From Vicugna vicugna (taxonomy: Eukaryota), in assembly GCA_013265495.1 (NCBI GenBank), contig MU058153.1, positions 932,001 to 996,000 on the forward strand: a DNA stretch of 64,000 nt. The letters are read 5' to 3'. This document shows positions 39,694 through 53,110 of the stretch, in pieces. The translations under genes were made by a program, and so were the position numbers. Within the stretch, counting starts at the first letter, position 1. The number at the start of each line of letters is the position of its first letter. The notes beneath the pieces were generated by a model. That model did no database searches and was not told the origin of the DNA. It worked only from the letters and a program-made list of their open reading frames with translations.

Positions 39694-40371
39694 ACTGCTC
39701 CACCGTTAGGCTAGTTTGTTTGTAGGGCAGCACAGCCAATTTCATTTTTGTTGTTGTTCTGTACCAATCAGTGGGACAAGAGCTGAAGATAGTTAGGCCT
39801 TTATTGCTGTCTGTAAAGACATTCTGCAGAATATTAAGAGCAGTTTCTGGGACATGAGGAGATCCATAAAAGGATGCAAGAGACTTGAGAGACGTATAGG
39901 CTAATTGTGACAGAGTTTAGTATTCAGAGTTCAGCATCTGGCACCTGAGTTCTGCATTTGATTTGCAGTGTCCCTCCCCCCGCCCCAAAATAGTAGTAAC
40001 TGATAACAGAGTAATAACATCAAGCATTGCAGTCCAAGCACGTAACACTCTTACACAGTGAAGTACAAGGAAGGGGTAGTAATTTACAACCCAAGTCTGA
40101 ACAAGTGCAGGAGACATCACGGCTCCTCACCGGACCGCAGCATGTGTGTAACGTCAGACAAGGGAGATGCAGCAGGAACAGGCGTGAACCAGTAAGAAAG
40201 GAGAGCCTGACGTGGAGTTGCCAGAGAACTGAGTAAATTCTCCCCAGCGCCCCTTTAGTATGGCTTAGCCAGTGTTTACTACGCAGCGTTGGTCATCTTG
40301 GGTGGCTTACTCTAAGAGAAAACATGCTTTCTCAGAACTTTATCATCTTGCGTTTCTGTTGCCTCCCGGGC

Positions 40372-40791
40372 TGCATTGGTCTGCTTCCTGCTTGGGCCGC
40401 CATAACAAACTAGCAGAGACTTGGTTGCCTAAACAGTAGAAATTTATTTCTCACATTGTTGGAGGCTAGCATTCCAGATCAAAGTGCTGGTAAGGCAGGT
40501 TCATTCCGAGGCCTCTCCTCTTGGCTTGTGGTGGCCGCCATCTTGCCGTGTGCTCACATGACCTCTTCTTTGGTGCAAGTGAGGGAAAGAGAGAAAGAGA
40601 GAGAGCACTAGCTAGCTCTCTGGTGCCTCTTCTTCTAAGAACACTAATACTGTCGAATCAGGTCCCTGCCTTTTTGACCTCATTTAACCCTAACTATTTC
40701 CTTAGAGGGCCCATCTCCACATAAAACCACATTGGAGATTAGGGATTCAGTATATGAATTGGGAGGGGGTAGTAGACATCATTCCATTACA
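40372..40791 (-). mobile_element. MLT1A-type solo LTR
   Basis: 'gccataacaaa...aaatttatttctcacattgttggaggctag...gatcaaagtgctgg...gacctcatttaaccctaactatttcc...tatgaattgggagggg'. TG...CA ends with a 5-bp TSD cgggc/caggc. Confidence 0.92.
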
Positions 40792-43700
40792 CAGGCCATG
40801 GGAAGACATAAGATAAGTCTTATTACACAAAGATTAGGAAATAGGCTAAAAATGATATAAACTGGACCATCAATCCTGACTTTTACCAATGAAGTATACT
40901 GATTTTGACTTAGCAATTAGGAAGATTACTCTATTTCCTTAGATCAGCCAAACACAATTCAGAATTCTACTAAAGAACAAGTAAAACTTTAGTAGTAATA
41001 TTTTAACTGTATAGGGTGATAAAGGTGCAATGGATCAATAGATATTTATTTTAAAACCATGTGAATTATATATCTTGCTATATTTTCTAAATTTCAATGC
41101 TCCCGTATATGATCAGTATATGAATAAAATGTCTGTTCCTGTGAAGGTGGTAATGTTTTTGTGGCCTTTTCCTGTTTGTTAATTTTAATAATAAGAAAAG
41201 AATTTGACTGACAACTAGTAAATGAAGAGAAGAGATGAAAAGTCCATTTGATTCTCAGAGCATGAATACAAAACAAAAAAATCACGAATATTAAGAAGTC
41301 TCAGTAAAGCATATTTTCTGATTTTTTTCTTTTCCTTTCTGCTCTTTATTTATCAACCTTTGACTTGAAAGTGGATTCTTTTCCAAAACTTTTTTAATTT
41401 TTTTAAGTCAAACATAACTCCAACAAAAAGAAATTTTATTTAACTAAAAAGAGAAATAGGAACTGATCAAAATTCATTTACCAGTTCAAGGAAATCAGAA
41501 GCAGTGATATATCACCAGATGGTAAATGGATCAGTGTTACCTCTAATGGTGTTTACTATTTTCAACTCAATGTTATTTGCAATTTTTATGTTATTTGGGT
41601 TTCCAAGTATTTCATTTATTGCAAAAATTCATTAGGCACAACTCTAAAATCTGCTTTTTATATTCTATTCCTTCCAATGCAGAATTTATAGAAGTGCTGA
41701 AAAATCAGTTTTGTAGTTAAAGGAGGGGTGGTTGGAGTAAATTATACAATCAAGTGCCCGGTAGTAAAATAAAGAATAGAAATAATTTGGTAGGATGAAG
41801 GCTGGTGGTTTGGGAGATGTGTTGGGTAATAAATGGAAACAATATCATTGTGCATCTATCTTTTGATATATATTAAATGTGTATATATATATTTAGAATT
41901 TGTTTTGCTCTAAAAAGAGTTTGCTGTCTTAATACTATCGTGTTGATTACTGCCACTGTAAGATTTCCCCTAGGGTTTTATCATGAGTGTTATGAACTCT
42001 CTCTTCACATTAAATGTTGATAGAAGTGATACAGGTACACATATCTTAGGTTTTTGGCACTCTTTAGAAATTTAATTTAGTTTCTGTGTAAGTAATTTTC
42101 ATATTTTTTCCCCATGTAGTCAATCACTTTTCATTCTCATTTTATGCCTATTACAGAAAGAAGTCAAAGGTTTTATGGATACTAGTGACTTACACTTAGT
42201 AATGAGTTTTAACAATTTTGTATCACTTTTTAGCTATTTTTCAGCTTAAATATTAATCAATTTTGAATATTTCAAAAATCAGTGTTGGATTGTTATATTT
42301 CACTATTCTCTCAACGTGCTTTGAAGATAGAGGTGACAAGGCTTGTCGATGAACTTGACTTGGGATGTAAAGTAAAGAAAAGGGGGGGGTTGATCTTTGT
42401 TGTTGTTTTGCTTAAGCTCCTTGAGAGAATACAGTTCCCATTTACTGAAAATGGGGACGGTCATGGGAGGAAGGAAAACAAGTAACAGTATACTTGTTTT
42501 ACAGCACCATAGGGTGTTTCTTTCTCTAACCTGTAACCTGTGTCAGAACCAGTCTTGATTTTTTCTAGATGTTCCATAATTTTGACTCTGGAAGGAAATT
42601 ATTTTTAAGAGGATTAGAGAATAGACACCATCGGCAGAATTTATTCCTCTTCAACAGCTGACATCTGTCCATACTTCCCTTATTGGTAAGGCAGTAACCC
42701 TGTGAGTAAGTCATTGCTTTGGCCTTTAACAATTCTGAAGATCAGTTAACAGCAAGGATGCTTTCCACCTCCAGACAGCTAATAGCTATAAAAGAGTCAA
42801 GAATAATGAATGCCCTTTTTGGAAAATTCAATTGCTTTCTGCTTCTTGGCCAGTTTACTTTATCTTAAATGATGCCATGTTTTAACTCTGGGCTGAGAGA
42901 GTTTTGAAATAAGTCATGAATGATTACAGCAAATAGTATCTCATATCTGGAAGTTGAACACACAATAGAAAACTTTTGTATAAAACATATGAAAAACATG
43001 GAAATACATAGAGGCAATGCTGCATTTGTATATTTGACAGGGAAACTAAATGATGAAAAGTGTTACATCCAAAAATAACAAAGTTGATGGTGTCTCCTAC
43101 CCATTTACCCTCCTCTAAGAATGTATTTTGGGGAAAATATTTAAATCAACTGTTACAAATGCATCCTCATTCCTATTTCCTCCCTTAAAATCTTGAAGAA
43201 AGATAAAATTTCTTCTGATCATCGTGTAGAAATGAATGATCGACTGGATTAATGAAGAGACACTTTATCTTTTGTAATAAATATGATAAATGGCTTATAA
43301 ACATGAATAACTTCTGGGAGTTTTCACTAACTTTACATTTTTACTGTATTCCAAAGTTAAACATTCGAAATGAGAAATTTGGAAAAAGAAAAAAAAAGAA
43401 GATGTATTTGGGTCCGATACTGCCACTCATATACCTCCAAATATGTGTTTATCTTATAAAAACAAACTTCTTGGACCAATTGAGCAGACTTTGTATACTT
43501 GTAGATCTAGAAAGAGTCATTCATGTTCATTGCCAGGCTAGCTTACTTACGTAAGGGAAAAAATGGGAACACTGGGGAATGTTTACCTTAAAAGAGTCCA
43601 GGTGTTAACTACCCAGGTGGATGGATAGATCAGATGAAATTCTGAATATACATTTTTCATGAAGTGAGTGGCCAGATCCCAGAAGGAGGTATTCTGAGAG

Positions 43701-44253
43701 ACAAACATTTTAATCAGGATTGAAAATATTGAGAAAGAATTAAAAATGCCAAATAAATTTTCAGCCATTTCAATTAGCCAAAGCCATCTGAAATCCTTTA
43801 TGAAAACAAGAAAATAAAAACATGTGGAAATAATTCTGTCATTCCATTTTAGAATTCTAGAACTACTACTCATTGAGAAAGATTTGAATGTCGCAAGGAG
43901 GTAGAGTTTCTAGTTCCTTTGGAGCCCTCAGGAAAATGACATAGAAAATGCCAGCAGGGGTATCTACTTCCAATGGTATCCTTTTCACAATAAATTCCAA
44001 AGCCAGCCAATGTTTGAGGTTATTTTGGCTCTAGTGGACACATTTAATAAAATCTGTCATTTTCAGTAGTATTGTTATGTGTTTACAACTCTAAAGTATA
44101 TTCTTTCCAAAAGAGCAAATGAGCAGCTTTGTGCATGACTGTGTGGTATGTTTGACACTCAGTGGTCATTTTCTGTCTAGAATGTCAGGGATTTCAGTAG
44201 TTCTGATCATCTCCTCAATATCCCAGTTTGTTTGGCTATCAAATAAGTAAACA

Positions 44254-45608
44254 TTTTTTTTTCTTATTATGTCATATGAACTGTTTATATATTCTGGAGA
44301 TCAAGCCTTTGTCAGTTTCATCGTTTGCAAAAATTTTCTTCCATTCCATAGGTTGTTGTTTTGTTTTACTTATGGTTTCTTATGCTGTGCAGAAGCTTGT
44401 AAGTTTAATTAGGCCCCATTTGTTTATTCTTGCTTTTATTTCTATTGCTTGGGTAGACTGCCCTAGGAGAACATTTTTGAGATGTATGTCAGATAATGTT
44501 TTGCCTATATTTTCTTCTAGGAAGTTTATTGTATCTTGTCTTATGGTTAAGCCTTTGATCCATTTTGAGTTTATTTTTGTGTATGGTGTAAGGGAGTGTT
44601 CAAGCTTCACTGATTTACATGCTGCTGTCCAGTTTTCCCAACACCATTTGCTGAAGAGACTGTCTTACTGTCTTTATTGTATATTCTTGCCTCCTTTGTC
44701 GAAGATTAGTTGACCAAAGGTTTGTGGGTTCATTTCTGGGCTCTCTATACTGTTCCATTGGTCCATATGTCTGTTTTTGTACCAATACCATGCTGTCTTG
44801 ATGACCTTAGCTCTATAGTATTGTTTGAAGTCTGGGAGAGGCATTCCTCCAGTCTCTTTCTTTTTCTTCAGTAATGCTTTGGCAATTCTAGGTCTTTTGT
44901 GGTTCCGTATAAATTTTATTATGATTTGTTCTAGTTCTGTGAAATATGTCCTGGGTAATTTGATAGGGATTGCATTAAATCTGTAGATTGCCTTGGGCAG
45001 TGTGACCATTTTAGCAATATTGATTCTTCCAATCCAAGAGCATGGGATATCTTTTCGTTTTTTAAAGTCTTCTTTAATTTCCTTCATCAGTGGTTTATAG
45101 TTTTCTGTGTATAATTCTTTCACCTCCTTGGTTAGATTTATTCCTAGGTATTTTATTACTTTGGGTGCTATTTTAAAGGGGATTGTTTCTTTACTTTCTT
45201 TTTCTGTTGATTCATCATTAGTGTAAAGAAATGCATCTGATTTTTGAACGTTAATCTTGTAACCTACTACCTTGCTGAATTCTTCAATTAGTTCTAATAG
45301 TTTTTGTGTGCACCTTTTAGGGTTTTCTATATATAATATCATGTCATCTGCAAATAGTGACACTTTAACCTCTTCTTTTCCAATTTGGATCCCTTTTATT
45401 TCTCTCTTTTGCCTGATTGCTGTGGCTAGGACTTCCAAGACGATGTTGAATAGGAGTGGTGATAGTGGGCAGCCTTGTTTTGTCCCAGATTTTAGTGGGA
45501 AGCTTTTGAGTTTTTTACTGTTGAGTACTATGCCACCTGTAGGTTTGTTATATATGGCTTTTATAATGTTGAGATATGTTCCCTCTATACATACTTTGGT
45601 GAGAGTTT
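44254..45608 (-). pseudogene. L1 ORF2 reverse-transcriptase segment (inverted, disrupted)
   Basis: ORF 44674..45438 includes [32 protein letters not shown] and [10 protein letters not shown] premature TAA follows KGGKNIQ at an 8-bp tandem 'actgtctt' duplication. ORF 44380..44610 continues ORF2 ([13 protein letters not shown]). Confidence 0.95.
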
Positions 45609-46249
45609 ATAAGAAAAAAACAAACAACCCAATCCAAAAATGGGCAGAAGACCTAAACAAGCAATTCTCCAAGGATGGAATACAAATGATCAATAGGCAC
45701 ATGAAAAAATGCTCAATATCACTAATTGTCAGAGAAATGCCAATCAAGACTACAATGAGGTATCACCTCACACCAGTCAGAATGGCCGTCATTCAAAAAT
45801 CCACAAATGACAAATGCTGGAGAGGCTGTGGAGAAAAGGGAACCCTCCTACACTGCTGGTGGGAATGCAGTTTGGGGCAGCCACTGTGGAAAACAGTATG
45901 GAGATGCCTCAAAAGACTAGGAATAGACTTACCTTATGACCCAGTAATCCTGCTCCTGGGCATTTATCTAGAAGGAACCCTACTTCAAAATGACACCTGC
46001 ACCTCAATGTTCAAAGCAGCACTATTTACGATAGCCAAAGCATGGAAACAGCCTAAATCTCCGTCAACAGATGACTGGATAAAGAAGAGGTGGTATATTT
46101 ATACAATGGAATACTACTCAGCCATAAAAACCAACAACATAATGCCATTTGCAGCAACATGGATGCTCCTAGAGAATGTCATTCTAAGTGAAGTAAGCCA
46201 GAAAGAGAAAGAAAAATACCATATGAGATCGCTCATATGTGGAATCTAA
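45609..46249 (+). pseudogene. L1 ORF2 C-terminal segment with CCHC motif
   Basis: [12 protein letters not shown]...[11 protein letters not shown]...[18 protein letters not shown]...[13 protein letters not shown]...SLICGI*. Open to the natural stop codon. Confidence 0.95.
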
Positions 46250-46574
46250 AAAAAAAAAAAAAAAAAAGAACATAAATACAAAACAGAAATAGACTTATAG
46301 ACCTACAATACAAACTTGTGGTTGCCAAAGATGAGGGGTAGGAAGGGACAGACTGGGAGTTCAAAATTTGTAGATACTGACAGGCATATGCAGAATAAAT
46401 AAACAAGATTATACTGTATAGCACAGGGAAATATATACAAGATCTTGTGGTAGCTCACAGTGAAAAAAAATGTGATATATGTATGTTCAAGTATAACTGA
46501 AAAATTGTGCTCTACACTGGAATTTGACACAACATTGTAAAATGACTATAGCTCAATAAAAAAAAGTTTAAAAA

Positions 46575-46942
46575 TATATATAAAACTATAAAACTCCTAG
46601 AAGAGAACAAAGGAAAAAATATAGATGACCCTGGGTTTCATGATAAGCTTTTAGATAAAACACCAAAGGCACAAGGCATGAAAGAAAGAATTGATAAGCT
46701 GAATCTCATTAAAATTTTAAAAATTTTCTCTCTGAAAGCTCCCATCAAGAGAATGAAAGACAAGTCAAAGACTGGAAGAAAATGTTTGCCAAAAACTTAT
46801 CTGATAAAGGACTGTTACCCAAAATACACAAAGAACTCTTGAAACTCAGCAATATGAAAACAAAAAACTCAAAAAATGAGCCAGAGATCTGAACAGGTAT
46901 CTCACAAAAATAGACAGATGGCAAATAAACATATGAAAAAAT
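46575..46942 (+). mobile_element. Older L1 (L1MB/L1MC-like) ORF2 fragment abutting the young L1 tail
   Basis: 'aaaactataaaactcctagaagagaac...aaaacaccaaaggcaca...gactggaagaaaatgtttgc...tatctgataaaggactg...cagatggcaaataaacatatgaaaa'. Clearly more diverged than the adjacent L1. Confidence 0.88.
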
Positions 46943-47619
46943 AAATAGGCAAACATATTTCTTCAACTTTTCTGTTATCCTTCCCCAGGAAGTAAATGGA
47001 ATGATCACTGTATCTATGCAAGGAGGAGTTCCAGGATGATATACACTAGACATGCAATATAATTAGTAGTCACTAAATTAAGCATTATGGAATGTCATGA
47101 ACATCATAAAGTTATTTTTATTTAATATAGCAAAGATTGATTTTGTAAAACAATAGAATCAAAAATTTGGACCTGAAATAAGTCTCTGAAATAACTACTG
47201 TAGAGGTTATTAAGTTTCAGGTCATACCTGCCTGTACAGGTGAGCGGGCATCAAAAAAGAAGACTGAATTCCTAAGTGCACAGGTGACTTGTATCAATTA
47301 AGTTCAACTAAATGTATAATGACTGTTAAATAGAGAATCTCATTTTTATTCTAAACACTAATAATACATACAAATTTACCTCAACTCCATCCTATAAAAT
47401 TTTAAGAAGCAGAAGCTGGAAAAAGCAGGGAGCTTATTCTAGGTCACACAAATGGTGAGAGATCAGAATATGAAGCCATGGTTGTCCTGTGGTTATGATG
47501 AACTGGATGGAGCTATAGAGATGAAGATGACATGATGATAAAGACGGTGTTGTGAATGAGATAATAATAATAACAACAACAACAATAATAATAATGAACA
47601 ATGGCAATGATAATAAGAG

Positions 47620-47815
47620 AAGCCTTGTATGGTGCTCTTTCAATAGTTCATCTAATTTAATCTTTACAGTCACCCTAAAAGGTAAGTACCGTTCTAGTTA
47701 CATTAGGAAGAGGGAAGTAAAGCTCAGAGAGAATAAATAACTTGCCCTAGGACATATAGCTAGTAACAGTGGGGCTGATAGACAAGCTTTGGTCTGAATC
47801 TGAGGTCAGTGCTGG
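47620..47815 (-). mobile_element. MIR SINE preceded by an (AAT/AAC)n tract at ~47560-47615
   Basis: 'atttaatctttacagtcacccta...gtaaagctcagagagaataaataacttgccctaggacatatagctagtaa'. Confidence 0.85.
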
Positions 47816-48499
47816 TTTAGAATTGTTAATAATTTTTAACAGCTATGAGACACATCCCCAGCCTACCTTAGGATTCTGTCATAAAACAAGGTTTCTTAAT
47901 AATTTGGAATGGACTTCCATCTTGTAAGGAAATATTGACCTAGAGAGAAAATGAAGAAATATATTTAAAAGGATCTTTGATAACCACCCCCACCACCAAA
48001 TACTACGCAGAGTCAATTCTAGAACTTCCTTACCGTATGTGTTTCATTACTGGCATGTACTGCGATTTCAGAACATACGATGTACTAATACCTCTCTGTG
48101 AGCACCTAACCTGCTCCCACATGACGAGTCAGACCTTAGGGCAAGTGTAATCTCTACTATAAAAATGGGCCACCTGCTCTTTCATATGAAGCTTTGCCCT
48201 TTATGGGGTATGAGCTTGAATCCTTCATCTCAGTGAGAAAACCATGATGGAGCAGATTCATGTACCCTCATGTAACAGGAGACCTACATTTGAGATAAGG
48301 CTGGTCAAGCCCAGGGTTTAAATGTGAGCTCCAGAAACTGGAACTCTGTGCTATCATGAAAGAAAGCGTTATGGCTCTGGGGTCCCTAAGTGTGCTATTT
48401 TTCTGGTAACTAACATTTCCTTTTTAGATGGTTTCATTTTTCTTTTTGAAACTACAATGACTGGAAAATCAAGTTGTACAGACATGCTTACCAATGTTG

Positions 48500-48620
48500 C
48501 AAATGAAGTGCTATGAATATGAAATACGTTAGATGACAAATTTAAAATCCAAAAATATCTTCACCAAAGGGAGCAATGGACTGAATCTAACAAGATGAAA
48601 TGTAATAAGAATATACACTG
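48500..48620 (+). mobile_element. CR1/L3 LINE fragment
   Basis: 'aaaatccaaaaatatctt...gcaatggactgaatctaacaagatgaaatgtaataag' resembles the CR1 RT stretch IQxDL..W...NKMKFN. Confidence 0.55.
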
Positions 48621-48629
48621 GCAAATCTA

Positions 48630-48920
48630 ATTGCCATTATATTTTTACTGCTTATTGCTGACATAAGGGAAAGCTATTGACAATTTTATGACTTAATTTG
48701 GGCAATGTACTAATATTTCTCTTAATGCTAAGTTTTATAGTGAATTATTTGGTATTTTCTAAGTATACAACCATATAATCTTCAAATCCTAATTTTTTAT
48801 GCCTGCCTTTTGTATATTTATAATTTTCATTTATGTTTCATGCCTTATTTTGTGTTGTCTGGAAGTTCCATATCAGTGATAAAGGATAGTGATAGTACAA
48901 TGAGAATTTGGCTTGTTTTC
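48630..48920 (-). mobile_element. Old L1 ORF2 fragment
   Basis: 'aagctattgac...tattttctaagtatacaaccatataatcttcaaat...ccttattttgtgttgtctggaagttcca' is the antisense of an L1 RT region. Confidence 0.6.
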
Positions 48921-50626
48921 TAAAAAGTAGATTTCTAAAATCAAGTGTTCTTTGTCCTTCGTATGTCCCCTGTCTTAGTAAGGGTCATACATGGCATTAA
49001 CAGCAACAAATATTCAGAGATAGTCTATAGTTCCATTAGCCAAGGAAGTATAAAACCATAGACCAGTAACAGTGTTAACATCAATGCCTGAAAACATAAG
49101 TACAGAAATTGAGTACAGATGTTTAAAATTGTACAGCAATTTGATAGAATAATTTTATGTCTTTTGAATCTAATAGTAAAACGTGTGGTCTTGTACTTTG
49201 TAAGTCTTGGGGGTTTTTTGTCTTATTCTTTTAGTGATTCATTGTTACAGTATTTTGCCAAAGTGTCAGTCTGCAATAATAGAAAAAATTAATTGGTTGT
49301 GGTGGTTTGAGAAGCACTGTTGTAGAAGCAAAAGGAATATTGGATTGGGGGTTGAGCTAGATGAATTATATGTTTCTGTTTCCTTTAAGTTTTAATGTTT
49401 TGTATATATATATATAATATATTCTTCTATTTATAGAATATATGAAGAAGTATATTTCTTCATTTTTACAGCCTTGCCTTTTGATTTATGAGCACGAACT
49501 TTATAGTTCACTGAGAAGATAGTAATTGTTTTCAAGGTCTTCCCAATTCCATGTAGTATTTTGAGATCCCAGTTGGGAGATTCCTTAGTGGAACATGATG
49601 GTTCTATATTCTTTTGATTTGTGGTAGTAACTTTTATATCTCCAGCATCTAGAACTGAGTCTGGCATACAAAAAAGTATTTTTAAATGCCAGAGCAAGTA
49701 TACTACATGAATTCTAAATGATTTATCTGTTATTTTTGATATTTTAAAGTTGTATTTTAATAATTTAAAATCTATACTTATATAATTTATTACTATGTTT
49801 TTGTTTTAATGATATATATTTTATTATACTTTTATATTAACATTTATTTTAAAATAGGAATTATAAAATTTAATGACTTTATTTTATTTTAATGACAAAG
49901 AACTGCTTCAGCCTGTGTGACCTGTGAGCCATGGGCAGGAAGACAGCTGGTCCAGATATCTGCTTGGGGACCTCTGAGTAGATCTATTTCAAAGCCTCAT
50001 CTAATTCTTGCCTGATTATTAAGAGATTAGATCATGCTACAAATATTTGAATCCTTACTCTCTCCTACCAGAGGCTTGGGAGATTCAATTTTACCTTTTA
50101 TGTATTTCCCAGGAAGCAAAAGTAACATTATAAATATTCATCATATGCTTAGAAATTATTGCTTAGACTCCAACCAAAAGTCTCTGTGAATGAGATATAA
50201 AGTTCCAGATGCAAGCTTGCTGAGTCCTGCCTTTTTCATGCATTTCTGTCATTGCTGCCCATTGCCTAGGATGTGATATCTGACCTCTGGAGAGCTGCCA
50301 GGCAAGAGATTCAGTGTTTGAGGCTCTGCTGAAGGAGTGACATGAAGATACTGCTTGTGGCAATATTGGTGATTCCAACACTTTTCTTTTGGTGGTTCAC
50401 ACTGGGCATTGTAATGCATGTCTCAGCCATTGCACTACAGCAGACAAATTAACATCAACCATGGTAATTTCCTACTTTTTGCCATCAGTTTGTTCAAGGG
50501 TTAGGGGTATAAGCAAAAGAAATGTTTTGTTCTTGTGAGCCATGGGAAGTTAGTCACGTAACTACGGAAAAAAATATAAATCATATTGTTACTGGTGGCC
50601 AGCCTATGAACCACAGTAAATCAGCC

Positions 50627-50997
50627 CTACCTTAGCTTGAGCTGTCAAAACAAAATGCCTGAGAGCAGGTGGCCTGAACAACAGAAGCTGACTTTCTCAC
50701 AGTTCTGGAGGCTAGAAGTTCAAAATCAAGGTGCCGTGCTTGGTTTCTGGTGAGAGCCTTCTTCCTTGCTTGCAGACCATCACGATGTATTTTTGTCTTT
50801 AACATGGCAGGGAGAGAGCAAGGTGGAGCTCCGGTATCTCTTCCTATGAGGGCACTAATCACAGCATGAGGGACTGGCCCTCATAACCTTATCTAAACCT
50901 AATTACCTCCCAAAGCCCTGATTTCCAAAAACTATTACATTGGGAGCTAGTGCTACATTATGTGACTTTCAAGGGAACATGATATAGTTCAGAGTGA
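50627..50997 (-). mobile_element. MLT1A0-like solo LTR
   Basis: 'aacaacagaagctgactttctcacagttctggaggctagaagttcaaaatcaaggtgcc...cttcctatgagggcactaatc...ctaaacctaattacctcccaaagccc'. Confidence 0.92.
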
Positions 50998-51599
50998 GCC
51001 TAATGTTGTGAATATCAACATGAAGGGTGGGGGGAGGCTCCTATATCAGTCAGCTCTGCCCAGGTATGATCCCCTTCGTGTGTGAGCTATCATATCTTCC
51101 TTTTATTTTATACCAATTTGATCTGGAGTTTTATTTTTTTTTAAGTTCAGTAATGTGCTTAGTAACTGATGAATTCAGTTTATCATCTCTACAGCACTGG
51201 AGTGCTACCATTTGAAAGCAGTCCTGTCTACTTACTCTTTGTTCAGTGTGAGCAATTTCTCTTCCAAGAAAACCTGGAACCGTGTTAGGAGTGGACAGCT
51301 CCACCATTGGCTGGATTTTGGATCTCAGGAACAGTCAGGAATTGAGTGTTTCCACTCACAGCTACAGTTTTACTCAGCATCTAAAGCAGGTAGGGAAACA
51401 CAGTGAGATACCAGTTGGGATTACAGATATAAACAAAGCAATGAAAAGTTGGGGGAAAAAAAAACAAACCTCTACATAACTGCCTTTATTAATGGCTTTG
51501 ACACACTCTCCCAAATTTTATTAGGGAGTATTGATTCACATTCAACTTGATATTGAACACATTTTTGTAGCTAGTTTTCCACAAAAAGCTACTTCAGTC

Positions 51600-52075
51600 T
51601 TAGCTAAATCATTCCTGCCACTTTCCCTCTTAACAGTCCAGTCACGCTGTACTTCCGAACAGCCCATGCTTGTGTTTACTGCTTCAGGCCCCTAAACATG
51701 CAGTCTGTTCTGTTGCTTGTCCTGCTGGCAAACACCTATTCATCCCTCAAGACCCTGCTCCATTGTTATGTCTTCTGTTGAATCCTCTATGAATTGGTCC
51801 TGATCCCACACATTCTCAGAGGCACTGTTGTTTGATTTTCAGTGGTTTTGAAGTTTTGTGGGCACCTCTAAAAACGTCTTCCTGTGTTTGTATTATTATT
51901 TTATCTGTGCATCTCTTTGCAATATAGAGTGATATCCAGAGCAGAGAAATTGCACCATTTTTATTTGTATAGCCTTAGTACCTGGCACAGTGGTTGACAA
52001 ATCTTGGAGTTAGCATTAATATGTGTTTTTTTTTATTATATGGAGAATGATTAATAATTCGATGAATGAATAACA
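51600..52075 (+). mobile_element. LINE-2 3' fragment
   Basis: 'ctggcaaacacctattcatccctcaagaccctgctc...tagtacctggcacagtg...gatgaatgaat'. Confidence 0.8.
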
Positions 52076-52959
52076 GCAAAGGTCAGAATAGAGTTTTTTT
52101 TTCTCTTTCTATAGGACAGAATTTAATTTGGATAAGATTGCTCAAATGGCCTTAGTTTTGGAAAAATAAATATTCTTTGAATTTGTTACATAATTTATTC
52201 CAAAATGTTCAACAGTAAATATCACCCAATTAAATAATTTGAGCAGCTTTTAGCTATATTCAGGAATGAATGTGTAGTTTTTGAGTTACTACATTGCCAA
52301 AGAAACTACGAGTATTCAGAAGCAATTCTGTAACCATATGTTACTCTGCAAAAGCAATCCAGAGTGTTTCTGCTCCTCAGTTCCAGAGGCTGCAAACCTT
52401 TCCGTCTCTAAGGCAAGAATAAGAATGCATCTAAAGTTTCAACTCACTTCATGGTCATCTGTCCATACTGCTTAAATATTGATATGACTTAATGATCTGA
52501 AGAGTTTTCAAACTATCTTTTTTATTTTCCCATTCCCAACATCACAGGCAGTAAAGCCTAAATATGCTCTGTTTATTATACTGCTTTCTTATTTCATTTC
52601 CCATTAAAACAGTATTTGCATCAAAGCAGAATACAGATATCTTGTTTATGATGACATAATCATTTCCATGACCAATTATGATGTAAACAGGACTTCAGTA
52701 GGAGAATGAACAGCAGGAAGTGTTGAATTCCAACCCAGATTTTTATTTGTGTGTTATTATATTTAGAAACCAGGATAGGACTAGAAGAAATCAGCACATG
52801 GGTTGAGTAAAAAATGACTTACGTGCTAGGACATAAATGGGTTTAATAATTATTCTCGTATGGTTGTGTAAATAGTTCAATTCATGGGTTAGGTAGTTTT
52901 GATGGCAGACAGAATTGAAAAATAGAAAGAACGGGGACTTTGTCACCCTAAGAACTTTA

Positions 52960-53110
52960 GTGATAGTTCCGAAGCACAGTTTGAAGACCAGTTGTCTAGT
53001 CCAAACCATTCATCTTACAGATGAAGAAATGAAACCCTGGAGGATATGGATAATTTGCTGTAGGCTAGACAAGTAGGCAGTGGCACAGCCAGAACAAGAA
53101 CTCAGCTTTT
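52960..53110 (-). mobile_element. MIR SINE
   Basis: 'gtctagtccaaaccattcatcttacagatgaagaaatgaaaccc...gtggcacagccagaacaagaactcag'. Confidence 0.8.

Larger units (their letters stand above)
44254..46570 (+). mobile_element. Relatively young 5'-truncated, 5'-inverted LINE-1 (twin-priming structure)
   Basis: 44254-45608 is ORF2 in minus orientation. 45609-46249 is the contiguous downstream ORF2 C-terminus in plus orientation, followed by the 3'UTR, 'ctcaataaa' and an A-rich tail at ~46555-46570. Confidence 0.95.

Noticed and set aside
44228..44713. 161-aa plus-strand hydrophobic ORF
   Set aside because: Antisense frame of the inverted L1 ORF2, a common artefact.
44674..45438. 254-aa reverse-transcriptase ORF as a functional or novel RT system
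   Set aside because: Ordinary L1 ORF2 fragment: truncated, inverted, with a premature stop, and lacking the endonuclease, ORF1 and promoter.
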